The notes beneath the pieces were generated by a model. That model was given only the letters and a program-made list of their open reading frames with translations, had not been told where the DNA came from and did no database searches. The translations under genes and the position numbers were made by a program. From Podarcis bocagei (lineage: Eukaryota), in assembly GCA_964188305.1 (NCBI GenBank), contig OZ076893.1: a stretch of 64,000 nt of DNA. One strand, given 5' to 3'. This document shows positions 12,876-25,003 of the stretch, piece after piece (the stretch's first letter is position 1; every line of letters begins with the position of its first letter).

Positions 12876-13228
12876 GGGGACGTGGGTGGCGCTGTGGGTT
12901 AAACCACAGAGCCTAGGGCTTGCCAATCAGAAGGTCGACAGTTTGAATCCCCGCGACAGGGTGAGCTCCTGTTGCTCAGTCCCTGCTTCTGCCAACCTAG
13001 CAGTTTGAAAGCACATCAAAGTGCAAGTAGATAAATAGGTACCGCTCCAGCGGAAAGGTAAATGGCGTTTCTGTGCGCTGCTCTGGTTCACCAGAAGCAG
13101 CTTAGTCATGCTGGCCACATGACCTGGAAGCTGTACGCCGGCTCCCTCGGCCAATAAAGCGAGGTGAGCGCCGCAACCCCAGAGTCAGTCACGACTGGAC
13201 CTAATGGTCAGGGGTCCCTTTACCTTTA
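12876..13228 (+). mobile_element. Full-length Sauria SINE
   Basis: tRNA-like head (gtggcgctgtggg...gtttgaatcc), (ACCTTT)-type tail, 14-bp TSD ctatagttcc[g/a]tta (12862-12875, 13229-13242). Confidence 0.9.
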
Positions 13229-13297
13229 CTATAGTTCCATTACTCACACACCAACAGAGATGTGGAAAGAGTGGCTGAAGGACCTCTGAGAGCCATA

Positions 13298-13927
13298 CAG
13301 TAGTACCTTGGTTCTCAAACTTAATCTGTTCCGGAAGTCCTTTCCAAAACCAAAAAATTCAAAACCAAGGAGTGCTTTTCCATAGAAAGTAATGCAAAAC
13401 AGATTAATCCATTCCAGACTTTAAAAAACGACCCCTAAAAGAGCAATTTAACATGAATTTTACTATCTAATGAGACCACTGATCCATAAAATGAAAACAA
13501 TAATCAATGTACTGTACTATAAAATAAATAAGACAGTATTGTAGATGATAAAAATTAAAATTATTTCTTTTTCTTACCTGCACTGAAGATAGTCATTGTT
13601 TGGATGGGGGGCTTTTATCCATTTCGGCAGTCACACAATCAATCAATCAGTAGCTGAACTGGGTTCCACACAGTCACAAAAACAAATTAACAAAAAGCCA
13701 CAAAAATGCAAAATAAGTAGCAAAAACAAATGCACCAAACTTAATCCATTCCAGAAGTCCGTTTGACTTCTGAAATGTTCAAAAACCAAGGCACGGCTTC
13801 TGATTGGTGCAGGCGCCCCAGAAACAATAGCCGACAACCGCACTGAAAAACGTTTGAAAACCAGAACACTTACTTCCCGGTTTTCGGTGTTTGTGAACCA
13901 AGGTGTTTGAGAACCAAGGTACCACTG
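13298..13927. mobile_element. Tigger/pogo-like non-autonomous DNA transposon
   Basis: 23-bp TIRs with 1 mismatch (cagt[a/g]gtaccttggttctcaaac); TA TSD on both sides. Confidence 0.88.
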
Positions 13928-14199
13928 TACTACAGTTTAAGAGCCAAGCTTTGCGGCTGCTGTTATTCCAGCTCCCAAGTAACATTGTCTCCCCTTTCTT
14001 TCCCACCTTCCTTAACAGCTGCTTCTATCTGGAAACAATGTGACTTTCTTGTTATCCAAGCAAGCTCTTGTGGTAAGATTTTGTTTTACCGCAAGAGGGG
14101 CAACTTTAATTTGATAGGTTTAAAAATAAAAAAGCCTATACAACATAAATAATCCCAGTGTTTTAATATGGAAAACTGGGGACAGTTGTATGCCAAAAA

Positions 14200-14317
14200 A
14201 GCATAATAACACAAAGTTGCAGGCTCAATCCCTGAATGGGATAGCTGCATATTCCTGCATTGGCGGGGGTTGGGCTAGATGATCGCCAGGGTCCCTTCTA
14301 AATACACAATCCTATGA
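14200..14317 (+). mobile_element. 5'-truncated tRNA-derived SINE with CR1-type 3' tail
   Basis: Partial tRNA-Ile-like head (aataacacaaagttgcaggctcaatccc), then gcattgg...ggttgggctagatgatc...cctatga CR1-like end. Confidence 0.55.
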
Positions 14318-14436
14318 ATGTTCTATATCAAAATAAGCTTCGGAAATTGATCATTTAAATGTCAAGCTTCTCTGATACTTTTGGATGTTTGTTGTTTGAA
14401 GGGGGGCACTAGTCTAGCCACTGGAATGGTCATCTA

Positions 14437-14718
14437 AATAAATAATAATAATAATAATAATTTATTTATACCCCACCCATCTGGCTGGGTTTCCCCAGCC
14501 ACTCTGGGTGGCTTCCAACCAAACACCAAAATACAATAACCTATTAAACATTAAAAGCTTCCCTAAACAGGGCTGCCTTCAGATGTCTTCTAAAAGTTTG
14601 GTAGTTGTTTTTCTCTTTGACATTTGGTGGGAGGGTGTTCCACAGGGCAGGTGCCACTACCGAGAAGGCCCTCTGCCTGGTTCCCTGTAACTTGGCTTCT
14701 CGCAGCGAGGGAACCGCT
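14437..14718 (-). mobile_element. L2-clade LINE 3' fragment
   Basis: Minus frame encodes RAFSVVAPALWNTLP...FRRHLKAALF (L2 ORF2 C-terminus), followed by 3'UTR and (TTA)n tail. Confidence 0.8.
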
Positions 14719-15434
14719 CTTAACCAATGAATTAAATGCAGCACATTTCCCCCATTGATCCAAACAGGCTTTGCTTAGGACTGTGCTGCTAGTCGATCAC
14801 TTGCTTAAATTTACATACAAACAAAAACAATAGTTTCAGAAAGGGGGGAAGGGCATTCTGTGCTTTTATATGACAAATGCACGTGTCACAGCCCTCTTAA
14901 GAGAAGAATCCTCACCTATGTGGGAAAGAAAGAATGCCTTTTCTTGGACGACACCTGCCCCACGGTTTTCATACTAGTAGGGAGAAGTACCACTGCTCAG
15001 TCATAGAGCGCTTTGCATGCAGGAGGTCCTGGTTTTAATCCTTTGCATCTCCATTTCAAAAGGATAGTGGGCAAGTTCTCTCCTAGAATCAATTGAAATA
15101 CTCTGATGGATTAAAAGGTGCCCCCCCAAATAATCAGGCAATAGATTCTCCAAAACACTGGGTGGGGTTTGATTTTAAATATAAGTTATATTTATAATGG
15201 GAAGCTGCCAGTCAGAGCAGATGAAATTGGACCAGCTGAACAAATAGCCTGACTTGTTTTAAAGCAGCTTACCAGGTGAAATAGATTAAACAAAAACAGC
15301 ATTTTAGGAAATCTGTTGCCTTTGCAATAGGAGGCATCTTTTTTTAACCCGTCAAAGTATTTTAACTGATTCAGGCGTTCCAGCTCCCACTAACCTGGGA
15401 GTAAGCCTTATTAAGCTCTATAAGACTGGTGTAG

Positions 15435-15566
15435 AGCTGGATAGCTCAGTCAGTAGAGCATGAGACCCTTAACCCCAGGGTGGTAGATTTCAGCCCCAAG
15501 TTGGGTAAAAGATTCCTGCATTGCAGGGGTGAGACTAGATGACCCTATAGTTTTATGATTCTATGA
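15435..15566 (+). mobile_element. tRNA-Lys(CTT)-derived SINE with CR1-type tail
   Basis: gctggatagctcagtcagtagagcatgagacccttaaccccagggt...ccccaagttggg resembles tRNA-Lys; tail gactagatgaccct...tatgattctatga. Confidence 0.8.
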
Positions 15567-17959
15567 CTTCTGAGTAGACATGTATGGGATGCACGGCAGT
15601 CTAACCAATTAATCCACTGATAGCACAACTCTATACACATCTACTCTGCAGTCCCATTGAGAACAAATAATGTGTTTTCTAGGATGATGCCTTTACACAA
15701 CTTTTATACTAGAGGAAGTACCTTAGCTGAGTGGTAGAGCACATATTTCTTATGCAGGCTTGATCCCTGCCATCTCCGTGAAATCTATTAAAGTCATTCA
15801 CAAACAGCACAATGAGTACAAATGAGTAACTCTGTGAGGCACTTCTGAGCAGATATGTGTAGGATTCTACTGTAAATGGCATATTCCTACTGTCCACCAG
15901 TTTCCCCACCATTTCATGCCTTATAAAAAAAATATAAAACACATTCAGATGGTTAACATCTAAATTCAACATTTTCAACACTTGGTACAATCACCTAATC
16001 ATGACTTTGTGCGCATCTTTATTCCAATGCTACTTGATTAATGACACTTTCTATGAATCAGAAATGGGTAATTTATGTCACTAGAGAATTGTGTAAGGAT
16101 ATTGTAATATACGAGGAGCCTTTCTCCCTTTCTGCTACAAGCACTCCCATACAACCCTATGGGACAAGTATAGCCATTCCTCCCAGCATCAAGAGTCTAC
16201 ACTTTAAAGTTGATGAGGCCAATGATAGAATACCGTACTCCACAGCATGAGAAAATGTGGTAGAATTTGACCTTATAAAATGGCATATTAATACAAGTAA
16301 GGGGGGGGGCAATCTTACTAATTTAGGAGAACATGTGAATGTTATTCAAATATAACACTTTGCAAAACCTAACCTTGACATTTTCCTTTTCTCTGTCAGC
16401 AAACCAGGGGAAAGTTGCCCATTATCTAAGATAATATTAGCTCTAAATGGTATGTCAAAGAGAATCTCATTCTGGTACCATGCATTAAATTCACACCAGG
16501 CTACCCCCCATTTAAATATATTGCAATCTGTTCCCTGTACTACAACATATGAGAATGAACGGGAAATTGTGTATACCATTATAGTAGAATTTACTGATAT
16601 GGTAACTTGCCTTTACAAAAAAAGGAGGAAAAAGAAGAAAAGAAGAAAATCTAAGTTAAATAAACATATATTCAAATCACCCAACCGAAGCCATATGCTG
16701 GAGTAGAATTTGACATTTATCAACATTAAATGAGAAGGTTAAATGTTGTGATTAACTGTCACAGTTATTCTGTGGTACACATGAGAAGGAAGTCAGTGGG
16801 AGTTTGGGAAGACAAGGAATGCTGGATCAAAGCTTCCAAATGCAGAAGATTAACAGGGAAAATATGAAGATTTACTGAATTAATGCACACTCTGTGTACC
16901 AAACCAAGAAAGAGTTTCAAAACAATAGGGCTCTTTTTAAAAACAAGTACCTATGAAAGCAACTGATCTTCTAAAAGAATGGCATTACAGATGCCACAAT
17001 CCTGGGTGTAATAGGCTTGGGTTGTATTTTGGAGGGTCTTATTAATTCCTTTGGAGAATGACTTGTAAAAGAATTATTCATCCTCCCTGTGCATAAATTC
17101 TAAAAAATAAAAACAATTCACAGTACATATCGAAATTATTTTCAAAGTCTATACAGAGAGGAGAGAATACAAAACTTTTCCCCTCCCCAGACTACATTTG
17201 AAAGCTTGTCAGCACTCAGCATTAAGGCCTTTAATCCCAGGCTCTAAATAATTTAGATAACACTTGATTACTCCTTTACTGAAATGTCAACTTCTGCAAA
17301 ATCTGAGGAACACAATCCTGAGAGGACAAAAAAGAGGAGACAGACAATGTTACTACTGTAAGCAGGGAGGTGAATATCTCATAAATGGTGCAAGTCTTGG
17401 GGTTCCCAGTGTGAATGAGGGGAAATCCTTAGGTGGTGTCATAAAAGATCTTCCTTGTCTTCATCAGTAAAGCCCTGAGTGTGGGCCCCTGCAGTCCAAA
17501 AAAAACCCCCTGAATATGCATACCACAAAGAATCCCATCTAGATAATTGTGCAGATACTTTATTTCAAGTTTATCTGAGTGCTTTTACCTGTTTAGCGAT
17601 ACCACCCTGATTCACACATCTTTTTTTTCTTTTTAGGAATTATTTACTAAAAAGGATCCTCCACCGTTTTGTAAATCGAAAAGACTCCTTTTAAGAAAGC
17701 AAGTTCTCCCACCCCAGAATAAATCATTTGAACAGCATAAGTTACCCCACCCTAAGATACACAAGGGATTCAATTTGTACAATCTCTTCACAGGTACAAA
17801 TTGCTTTCTTCCACTCAGGTACATATAAGGCTCTGCCCTTTAACAACAACTGCAAAGCCTGGGCAGTTTAGTCTGGTAGAGAAAACTATTTCCCTTTTTT
17901 TCCAAAAAGAAAAGAAGAAGAAGAAGCTATCTTGCTTCCAATCAAATTAAATGTGCTGT

Positions 17960-18185
17960 GGAATTCTGTGCATGCTTACTGGGTGTAAGCCCCACTGACT
18001 TCACTGGAGCTTAGTCCCAAGTGTGCACATGATTGCTCCTTTACAACTCAGTCCTATCTCAGAGGCAAGTCCCACTTTGTTGAATGGTGCTTACTCCCAA
18101 ATAAGTGTGCATAGGACTGCAGCCTTAGTAATGCCCTTGGAGGTAAATTCAGTGGGACTAACCTCTCATGAAGTGCATTTAGGAG
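17960..18185. mobile_element. Cluster of ~80-bp palindromic MITE-like elements
   Basis: Repeated taagccccactga...ggagctta / caagtcccact...tggtgcttactcccaaataagtgtgcataggactgcagcc motifs; the family recurs many times in the window. Confidence 0.55.
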
Positions 18186-18996
18186 GGAGAAACAGTAGTA
18201 CCAAATTTATTGTTTTAAAGGGGGGGGGACCTCTCATGGGTTTGATATATAGGCATCGACAAGTTATTATACCCATACACTGCAGATTATATAGAGACTT
18301 GCTTTCTGGGCAATTCAATAAATCCTTCACCTTAAAATAAATTTGAACTTTTAAAAAATACCCAAACAAAGAAACAGTCATTTATACTTTAAGCATGAAT
18401 CATAATCACATATCATAGAATCATAACACTGTAGAGTTGGGAAGGTCTTTTGCCATCTCTGCTTGTAGAGAAATAATTTCCCCACCCTTTCAATGTACAA
18501 AATAGTCCCTTCTAGTTAGTAGCAAGCATTCTACACTGGACAGTACTAGGCAACACAAACTCCTGCCAGAGTCAATACACTACACTATGAAAGAAATCCT
18601 CAGACAACTTCAGGAATGACATCTAATCCATCAGCTCTAAAGCACATGGCCCAGTTGCACACACACACACACACACACACACCCAAAGCCCTTTCCATTT
18701 TTAACTTCCTCACCAAAGTAGATGCTCAGGAAGCAGCTTTCCCTTCCAGGATCAATCTCAGCTCCCAGCTAGGCCTGGGCCATTTGACCTAAAGGCATCC
18801 TTACTTGCAACAAAGTCTCCATCATCTTCAGAGCCAAGGAAAGAGAGAGAAAGAATGAGAAGGCCAGAAACAGGGGGAGAAAAGTCCAGTTCTCTTGTGG
18901 TCTGAGTTGGAAGCTTTGTTATGATAAAAGGAAAGGGGGGTGGAAAACTTTGGTCCAAAGTGCCAATGGGAGATCTTGCTTTCAGGAGGGCCTGTT

Positions 18997-18998
<2 letters not shown>

Positions 18999-19082
<84 letters not shown>
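18999..19082 (+). repeat. Compound microsatellite (GT)n(GA)n
   Basis: Seen directly. Confidence 0.95.
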
Positions 19083-19085
<3 letters not shown>

Positions 19086-21614
19086 TTTCTTCAACTCTGC
19101 TCCTCTTGTTTCCAAAAGGGGCCTCTGGTCAGTGCTGATTAACGGGGGGGGGGGGCTGGATTGTGTGTGTGTTGTTGTTGTTGTGAAGTGTAGAATAATA
19201 GGAGATGGCCGGTGACCCAGCAAAGCCTTAAAACCTCATGCTACTTTATTGTGGCAAGCTGAGAAAGAGGGCTTTAGGACGGAGACCCCAAGCACTGACC
19301 CGCACGCATCCTGCGGATTGCCTATTCATTCCCTCAGCCTTCCAGTCGCCCATTGTTTGCCAAACAACAACGGAGATTTCACACAGAATGTAAAGCCCCT
19401 TTTCACATCCCGGTCAGAAAGGGAATTTTTGCAGCAGCCCTGGACTTTTCTTTTTCTTTTTGTCCGCCTCTCCCCCCCCCTCCCCCTTTCCGCGATGGCT
19501 GTTAGCGTGGATTTTCTAGAAACAGATTCAGAATGGGTGATTCCCGCGCCTCCTACCCTCCTACCCCGCGTTTACATCCCTCAGGCTTTTTGAATTCAGC
19601 TCAAGCAAAGCAGGATGTTGGTGTGCCTTTCCAGGTCAAAATGGTGCACTGCCGCTGCTGCAGCCACAAAAGGGCCTCTCTAATGCTTCATTGGGAGGGA
19701 GGCAAAGCCGAGGCCTCCGCCACTGTTTCTTCTTGGCCACCTCATTTCCGTCGACAGCACTAGCAACTTGGAACGAGAGTTTACTTTGCCTAGCTGGTAC
19801 GTGCGCGCGTGTTTTGAAGAACACAGGGGAGAGAGACCACTAGAGACCAATATTTTAATCGTAAACTTTACTCACTCATTCGGTTTTTTTTTAATCTGGC
19901 AAGGCAAAACCTGACCTCATTTCTTGCCCACTAAAAAAGAAAGAAAGAAAAGAAAAGAGTTATTCTGCGGCAGGCAGTTAAAGCAACAACGACCACCTGC
20001 TCCGCTCTCTTATTTACTCCGCAGTAAGTCCCGTTGATTTCAATCAGATTTACTCCCAATTCATAGGGCAGCCTTCCGAAACTCTCCCTTGGTTGACCCA
20101 GCAGGTTCAAACCACGTGCCTAGATTCAGACCTGCTTTTATGGAAGCTGATAGGTTTCCTGTTAGAAGTAAGCCCCATTCAGTTCAATGGGACTCGCTGC
20201 CTAGATTGCAACCTAAGTGGCGCTTCGTCTCCAGCTCGGTAGCCAGAGGGGAGCGCCGTATTGTTGTACTGAGCACAGAAACACGCGTCCACTCAGACTG
20301 AGCACCCGCTTGTGAGCGAGTCCAGGCTGAGTTTTAAATCCTCGAGTTCAGATCTTTCTTCCCTTCCTTTCCCCCCTGTTCTTTTCTCTTTGAAAGTGGT
20401 TGAAAAAGGCAGGGGCGCGCCGTTTATTTGTGTGAGATTTCGTAACAGCTGTATCACTCAACAGCAATTTCTCCTTTTTCAGTTTATCCCACCCCCACCC
20501 CCATCCCCATTGCCATAACGTTTACATCCGTTTGGCGTGGATCTGGGACCAAGACGGGAGGCTGAAGGTAGGCGGAGAGAAAAGCGATCGCGAGGGAGAA
20601 GCCGACAAGGTCGAGTCAGGGAGAGGAGAAGAGAGCGAGAGAGGAAAAGCCAGTTTGGTGACGTCTGAGAGCGACAACAAACACTGGCCGTGCAACGCTA
20701 GACGTGTCATCTCAGAAGTGAGACCTTTTGAGTCCAAGGGGTGTTAAGCGTGTAGAGGATCGCAAAAGGGTGGAGAGATCAGGGAAATCGCACCAAAGGC
20801 CGGCACAATTCCGCCCAATGGATTTCAAGGGGAGGCGGACACGAGCTTCACTCAAATCGAATTGATCTCAAAAGCGCTTCGACTTCGGCCCACGAGCGTT
20901 GCCCGAGTATTGATCAAATTACTCGAAATAATATCACTGCAGCTGTTGCTACTTCCAATCCTCGAGATGGGGTCATTAATGATCTTCCAAACTTCCCAGA
21001 CACAGGAAAAGCGAAGTGAAGGAAATTAAGCAATGTGAACGTTTCTTTCTGCCCACCCCGTCGCCTGAGAAGCTCCTTGGGTGTTGAGTGTTTTTCAGCC
21101 GCTCAGTAAGGTCTATCAGCCTTCTTCCCATTTTACAGGCGAAAACCCGAGGCTTTCCTAAAGCCGCCAAGGGAGAACTGAAACGCACATCCTCCCTCCC
21201 AAATTGCGAACTGTAGTTTGCTCCTGGGAGATCTACCATTCCCAGCACCCTTAAGAAACTACAGTTCCTCCCGTTCTTTTGGTGGGTGTGCTTTAAAGTG
21301 TGCGGTGGGGGTTGGGGTGTCTAAGGGTGCCTTGAGGAGCCGCACTCGGGTGCTTATGGTTTCTGTCCGCCGAATGGGCTGAGGAGACAAAGGGATGGAG
21401 CTGGTGGTCCACACACGTTGCCTTTCCTTGCACTTTTAGCCCAGCCTAGGATTGGGTGGCTTGGAGATCCACGGCAAAGCTAAGGAAGGGAAGAGGGAGG
21501 GCCAAGGCGTCCACTCACTCCCCCGCGCGTAGTTCTCCCTCTCCCCTATTGATATGCTAATATCCCTTGTGACGAAATCACAAAGAACACCTTGGACTCG
21601 GAGCGCTCTTCTCC

Positions 21615-21627
21615 CGCCCCCTAGCGC
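21615..21627 (-). promoter_or_regulatory. CTCF-like motif
   Basis: cgccccctagcgc compared with the CTCF core (reverse complement) cgccccctagtgg. Confidence 0.3.
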
Positions 21628-24299
21628 GGCCCTGTCCGGAGAAATGCCTCGCTGGTTGTAGCAGGCATTGAGCTATAGGAGCTGCCTCGGAATAAGGGGA
21701 CGGGAAACTCGTTCAAATCCCCACCACCGGTCACGTAGGCTGAGTTGCACTGCAACTAGGAACTATAAGCAATGGAACTGGCTTGGAATTTAAAGTGGGG
21801 CAGCTCACAGCCAGCGGCAAATTCTGAAGTGCAGGCGCTTTTCGTGTCCCCACAGTAAAGTCCCCATAGCCGCGCCCCTAGACAAACCGATACCAACTTT
21901 GACCAGTTCAGACAGTGTGGTATCAAGACCAAGTCAGGTTTTAATCTCACTCCCACTTGGTTTAACACAGCCTAATGAGGAGCTCTGGAGGACTCAAAAG
22001 CTTGGTCATAATAAAAAGGACTTCTTTCTTTTTTGGGATGTTTCAAATTAGAAGGGGCAGTTTAACCTTTAACCCGCAGCTACGCCAATGTAACCAGCCT
22101 CTTCCTGGGCTTAGCTTCTAGGGGCGCTGAAAATTGCCCGGGGAGACGGCATCATCATCTCAAGAGATGACATCATCACTACAAGAGAGAAGCAATCGCT
22201 CCAGGAGATTACGTCACAGCCCCTGCTCTAAAATGAAATGTTCCACTACACCACTGCTGCAGATCCAGAAACCGTAGAATTCATGGGAGGCTTCGCTACT
22301 GATTCCAGGAGGAGATTATTGACAGCCAAAAAGGAGTTCTAACCTCCAGGCAGAATTTTTCAACAATATTCCAACTATTTCCTGTCCAACACACACACCC
22401 AACTTGGTCTCTGACACTGCACACTTCTGTCCCCCACACCATAAAAAAACCATTCGATCTGGATGTACCATATTCTCATTTGTTTGAAGGAGAAAAAATG
22501 CAAGCCCCTAATATTAATTCCATTTTATTTTAATTTATTTGGCCTAGCATCTCCGGAAAGGGCTGTGAATTGCTATCAGAACAGAACCATTTCCTACACG
22601 CCAAATGTTTTTAATAGTAGATACGATCGCTTCCCCTTTCCTCGTATCTTTCCGTTAGGCCTTAGTAGGTAGTCCGGACAGCTGGATGCTCGCTATTAAC
22701 CAGTTTCTACCACGTGGCAATGAACTCGAAGAAACTGTAATCTCCCCTCGGAGATCCACGGGCACCTGGCGACCCGTCCCTTCTTAACCCATCACCTTCA
22801 GTTGCCTTCCGCCATGGCTTGACCCAGTGAATTTCCACCAAGCCATAAGCATAAGAGCCATTCGAGATCCGTCTAGCCGCGTCTCCCTTCCTTCCACGTA
22901 TTTCATGTCGTTTATTTAAAAACACCCAAAAGGTAACATGAGGTCTGAGAGAGAAAGACAGAGAGAAATCATGACTAAAACTAGAAAATACATGTGCGGG
23001 GGGGGGGGAGCGAGAGAAAGGGGGGGGGGAGAGAGATGGAGGATTAGATTCCTTCATTTCGTTTTGGTAATCCTAAATACAGCTATCTCTGGCTCTTTAA
23101 TCTCCCCTAGAGTCGGATTAGGACCCATTTGAGCTAGGACAGTTGGAATCTGCTGACGGGAGGGGTGGCGGCAAAGAAAGCACCAAGGGGGAAACTTTAT
23201 ATAACCAAGGCTTAGAGACACCCCTCCCAAGGTGTGGGGGGAGAGAGACATCTCCCTGGTGACCTATCCTACGCAATGGACCAGCCTGGGAGGAAAGGCA
23301 TGCACTGCCCTTCCTTAGGGTCATGCGCGTTATTAACAGAGAGAAGGTTTGCTTTGGAAACATTGACAGCCCCAGAGCTCTTTGCTGCTGCCAGTCTTCT
23401 TTCCTTGTCTCCCCCCGCCCCAAGGCCAGCCCGCTTCAGGAAGCTCCTCGATGCCCAAGGAACTACACCGGAGTCTTTTTAGCATCTCATTTCCCTGCCT
23501 GTTGACAGAAGACTCTCCCGCCCCGGAGTTCCCTGCCTCCACATTAGCAAGGCAGCGGTCAATCGGCATTGGGGGGGAATAATCCGCAAAGGGAAGAGCT
23601 TCCAGTTCCGAAAGGCCGGCGGGCGGGAGGAGGGGGGGCTGTGCCTAGGCGCGCAGCGCAAGGCGCCCTTACCTCTGCCTTGAGTGCACGTGTCTTTTCT
23701 GCGTGTGTGTGTGTGTTACTATGGCTCAATACTGTACATCAATCTCGCCTTTTTAATAATAACAACAAAAACAATCCCCTTATATTTGGCTAAAACGTAC
23801 TCATTCAGTAAATGTCTGTGGTTCTCCATAAATAAGAGATTAATGTTTTTAAAGGGGAAAACATCCACCTCATTATGTACATATACGTGTTTTCCTTTAA
23901 AAGGTACAGAGCGCAATTTTTTAAAACAACAACAGCAACCTCCTTAAGCGATTGAAATAGGAAGACTGCGTGGGGCTCTGCGTGAATGTGCAAGACATAA
24001 ATCTCAAAAGCTGAGCTCCGCTGTTTGATTGCATGCTACGTTTGTGGGTGACTAGATTAAATAAATATATTTATAATCCTGGATATTTGTTTGGAATCTA
24101 ATATCTTGTTGACAAACACGCACCCCTTCTATTTAAGATTAAAGTCCTCTCTTTTTTTCCTTTTTCCCCTTTGGAAAATGCCTGTAATCCTTTCGGAGAG
24201 ATTTTGTTGCTTTCCGGACTGTACGGGAAAGTAATTGTGCGGATTGTAGGGTTGTGTGACCTTAGCGGGATGCGGGAAGCATGCGGGATAGGGTGAGGG

Positions 24300-24760
24300 A
24301 GGTCCGAGGTGGAGAGGGGGGGGGCGCTCAGCAGTTTACACGGATCTCTTGCCTGCGCGCGCGCGCGCATAACGATCAATTTTCCGACCACTCCAACTTG
24401 ACGTGATCTTTTTCAGAGGGGGAGGCAGACACCCATGATTTCATTATGCCAGAGAGAGATGGGAAGCGAGGGAGAGAGAAGGAGAGGGTGGTAGCAGTGG
24501 TGGAAAGCGACCCGCATGGAGGACAGGCCGCGGCCATGTAACACATCTTGGAGGCAGCGGCCAGAGCTGCTCTTTTGTGCTTGCAGCAGCCCCCGTGGGG
24601 TTGCTAAAGAGGTGCCTGCGAAGTGGGAACCGAGGCCTGATGCCGCTGATTAGGATGCAGGAAGCGACCTGCCCTCTATTGGAAGCGGAGAGGAATGAGG
24701 GACGCCGGGTGCGCGCCAGAGGAAGGAGGGGGCGAGGGAGGGGGCGAGGAGCGAGGCGGC
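24300..24760 (+). promoter_or_regulatory. Probable CpG-island promoter of the pri-miR-124 host transcript
   Basis: Inverted CCAAT box (attgg 24678-24682), GC boxes, (GC)7 tract, directly upstream of a GTAAGT donor. The TSS position is inferred. Confidence 0.55.
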
Positions 24761-25003
24761 GCTGCAGCAGCAGCAGCGCAGCCAACAAGCCGGGCGGGCA
24801 GCCGGGGAGGCGAGCAGGCTCCGCTTCCCGGCTGGATGTCAAGCGGACAGCGGCGTGCATCTTCCCGGCCAAAGGTGCCGAGCCGGCCCTTTTTCTGCAG
24901 ACCTTCCCTCTGGGCGGACGGACGCGCCTCGTCCTCTAGCGCCTGGGACTACCAACGGCTCCCTCTCTCTCCCTCTCCCACCTAGCCTGACTGACTGACT
25001 GCC
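24760..25003 (+). ncRNA. Putative first exon of the miR-124-2 host lncRNA (start approximate)
   Basis: Ends at consensus donor gcc|GTAAGT (25004-25009) inside the CpG island, ~6.3 kb upstream of the hairpin on the same strand. Confidence 0.45.

Noticed and set aside
15435-15507. Functional tRNA-Lys gene
   Set aside because: B-box/T-arm is degenerate (gatttcagccc) and it is fused to a CR1-type tail, so it is a SINE.
17579-17612. Short similarity to the 5' end of 5S rRNA (ataccaccctga)
   Set aside because: Only ~12 nt and does not extend.
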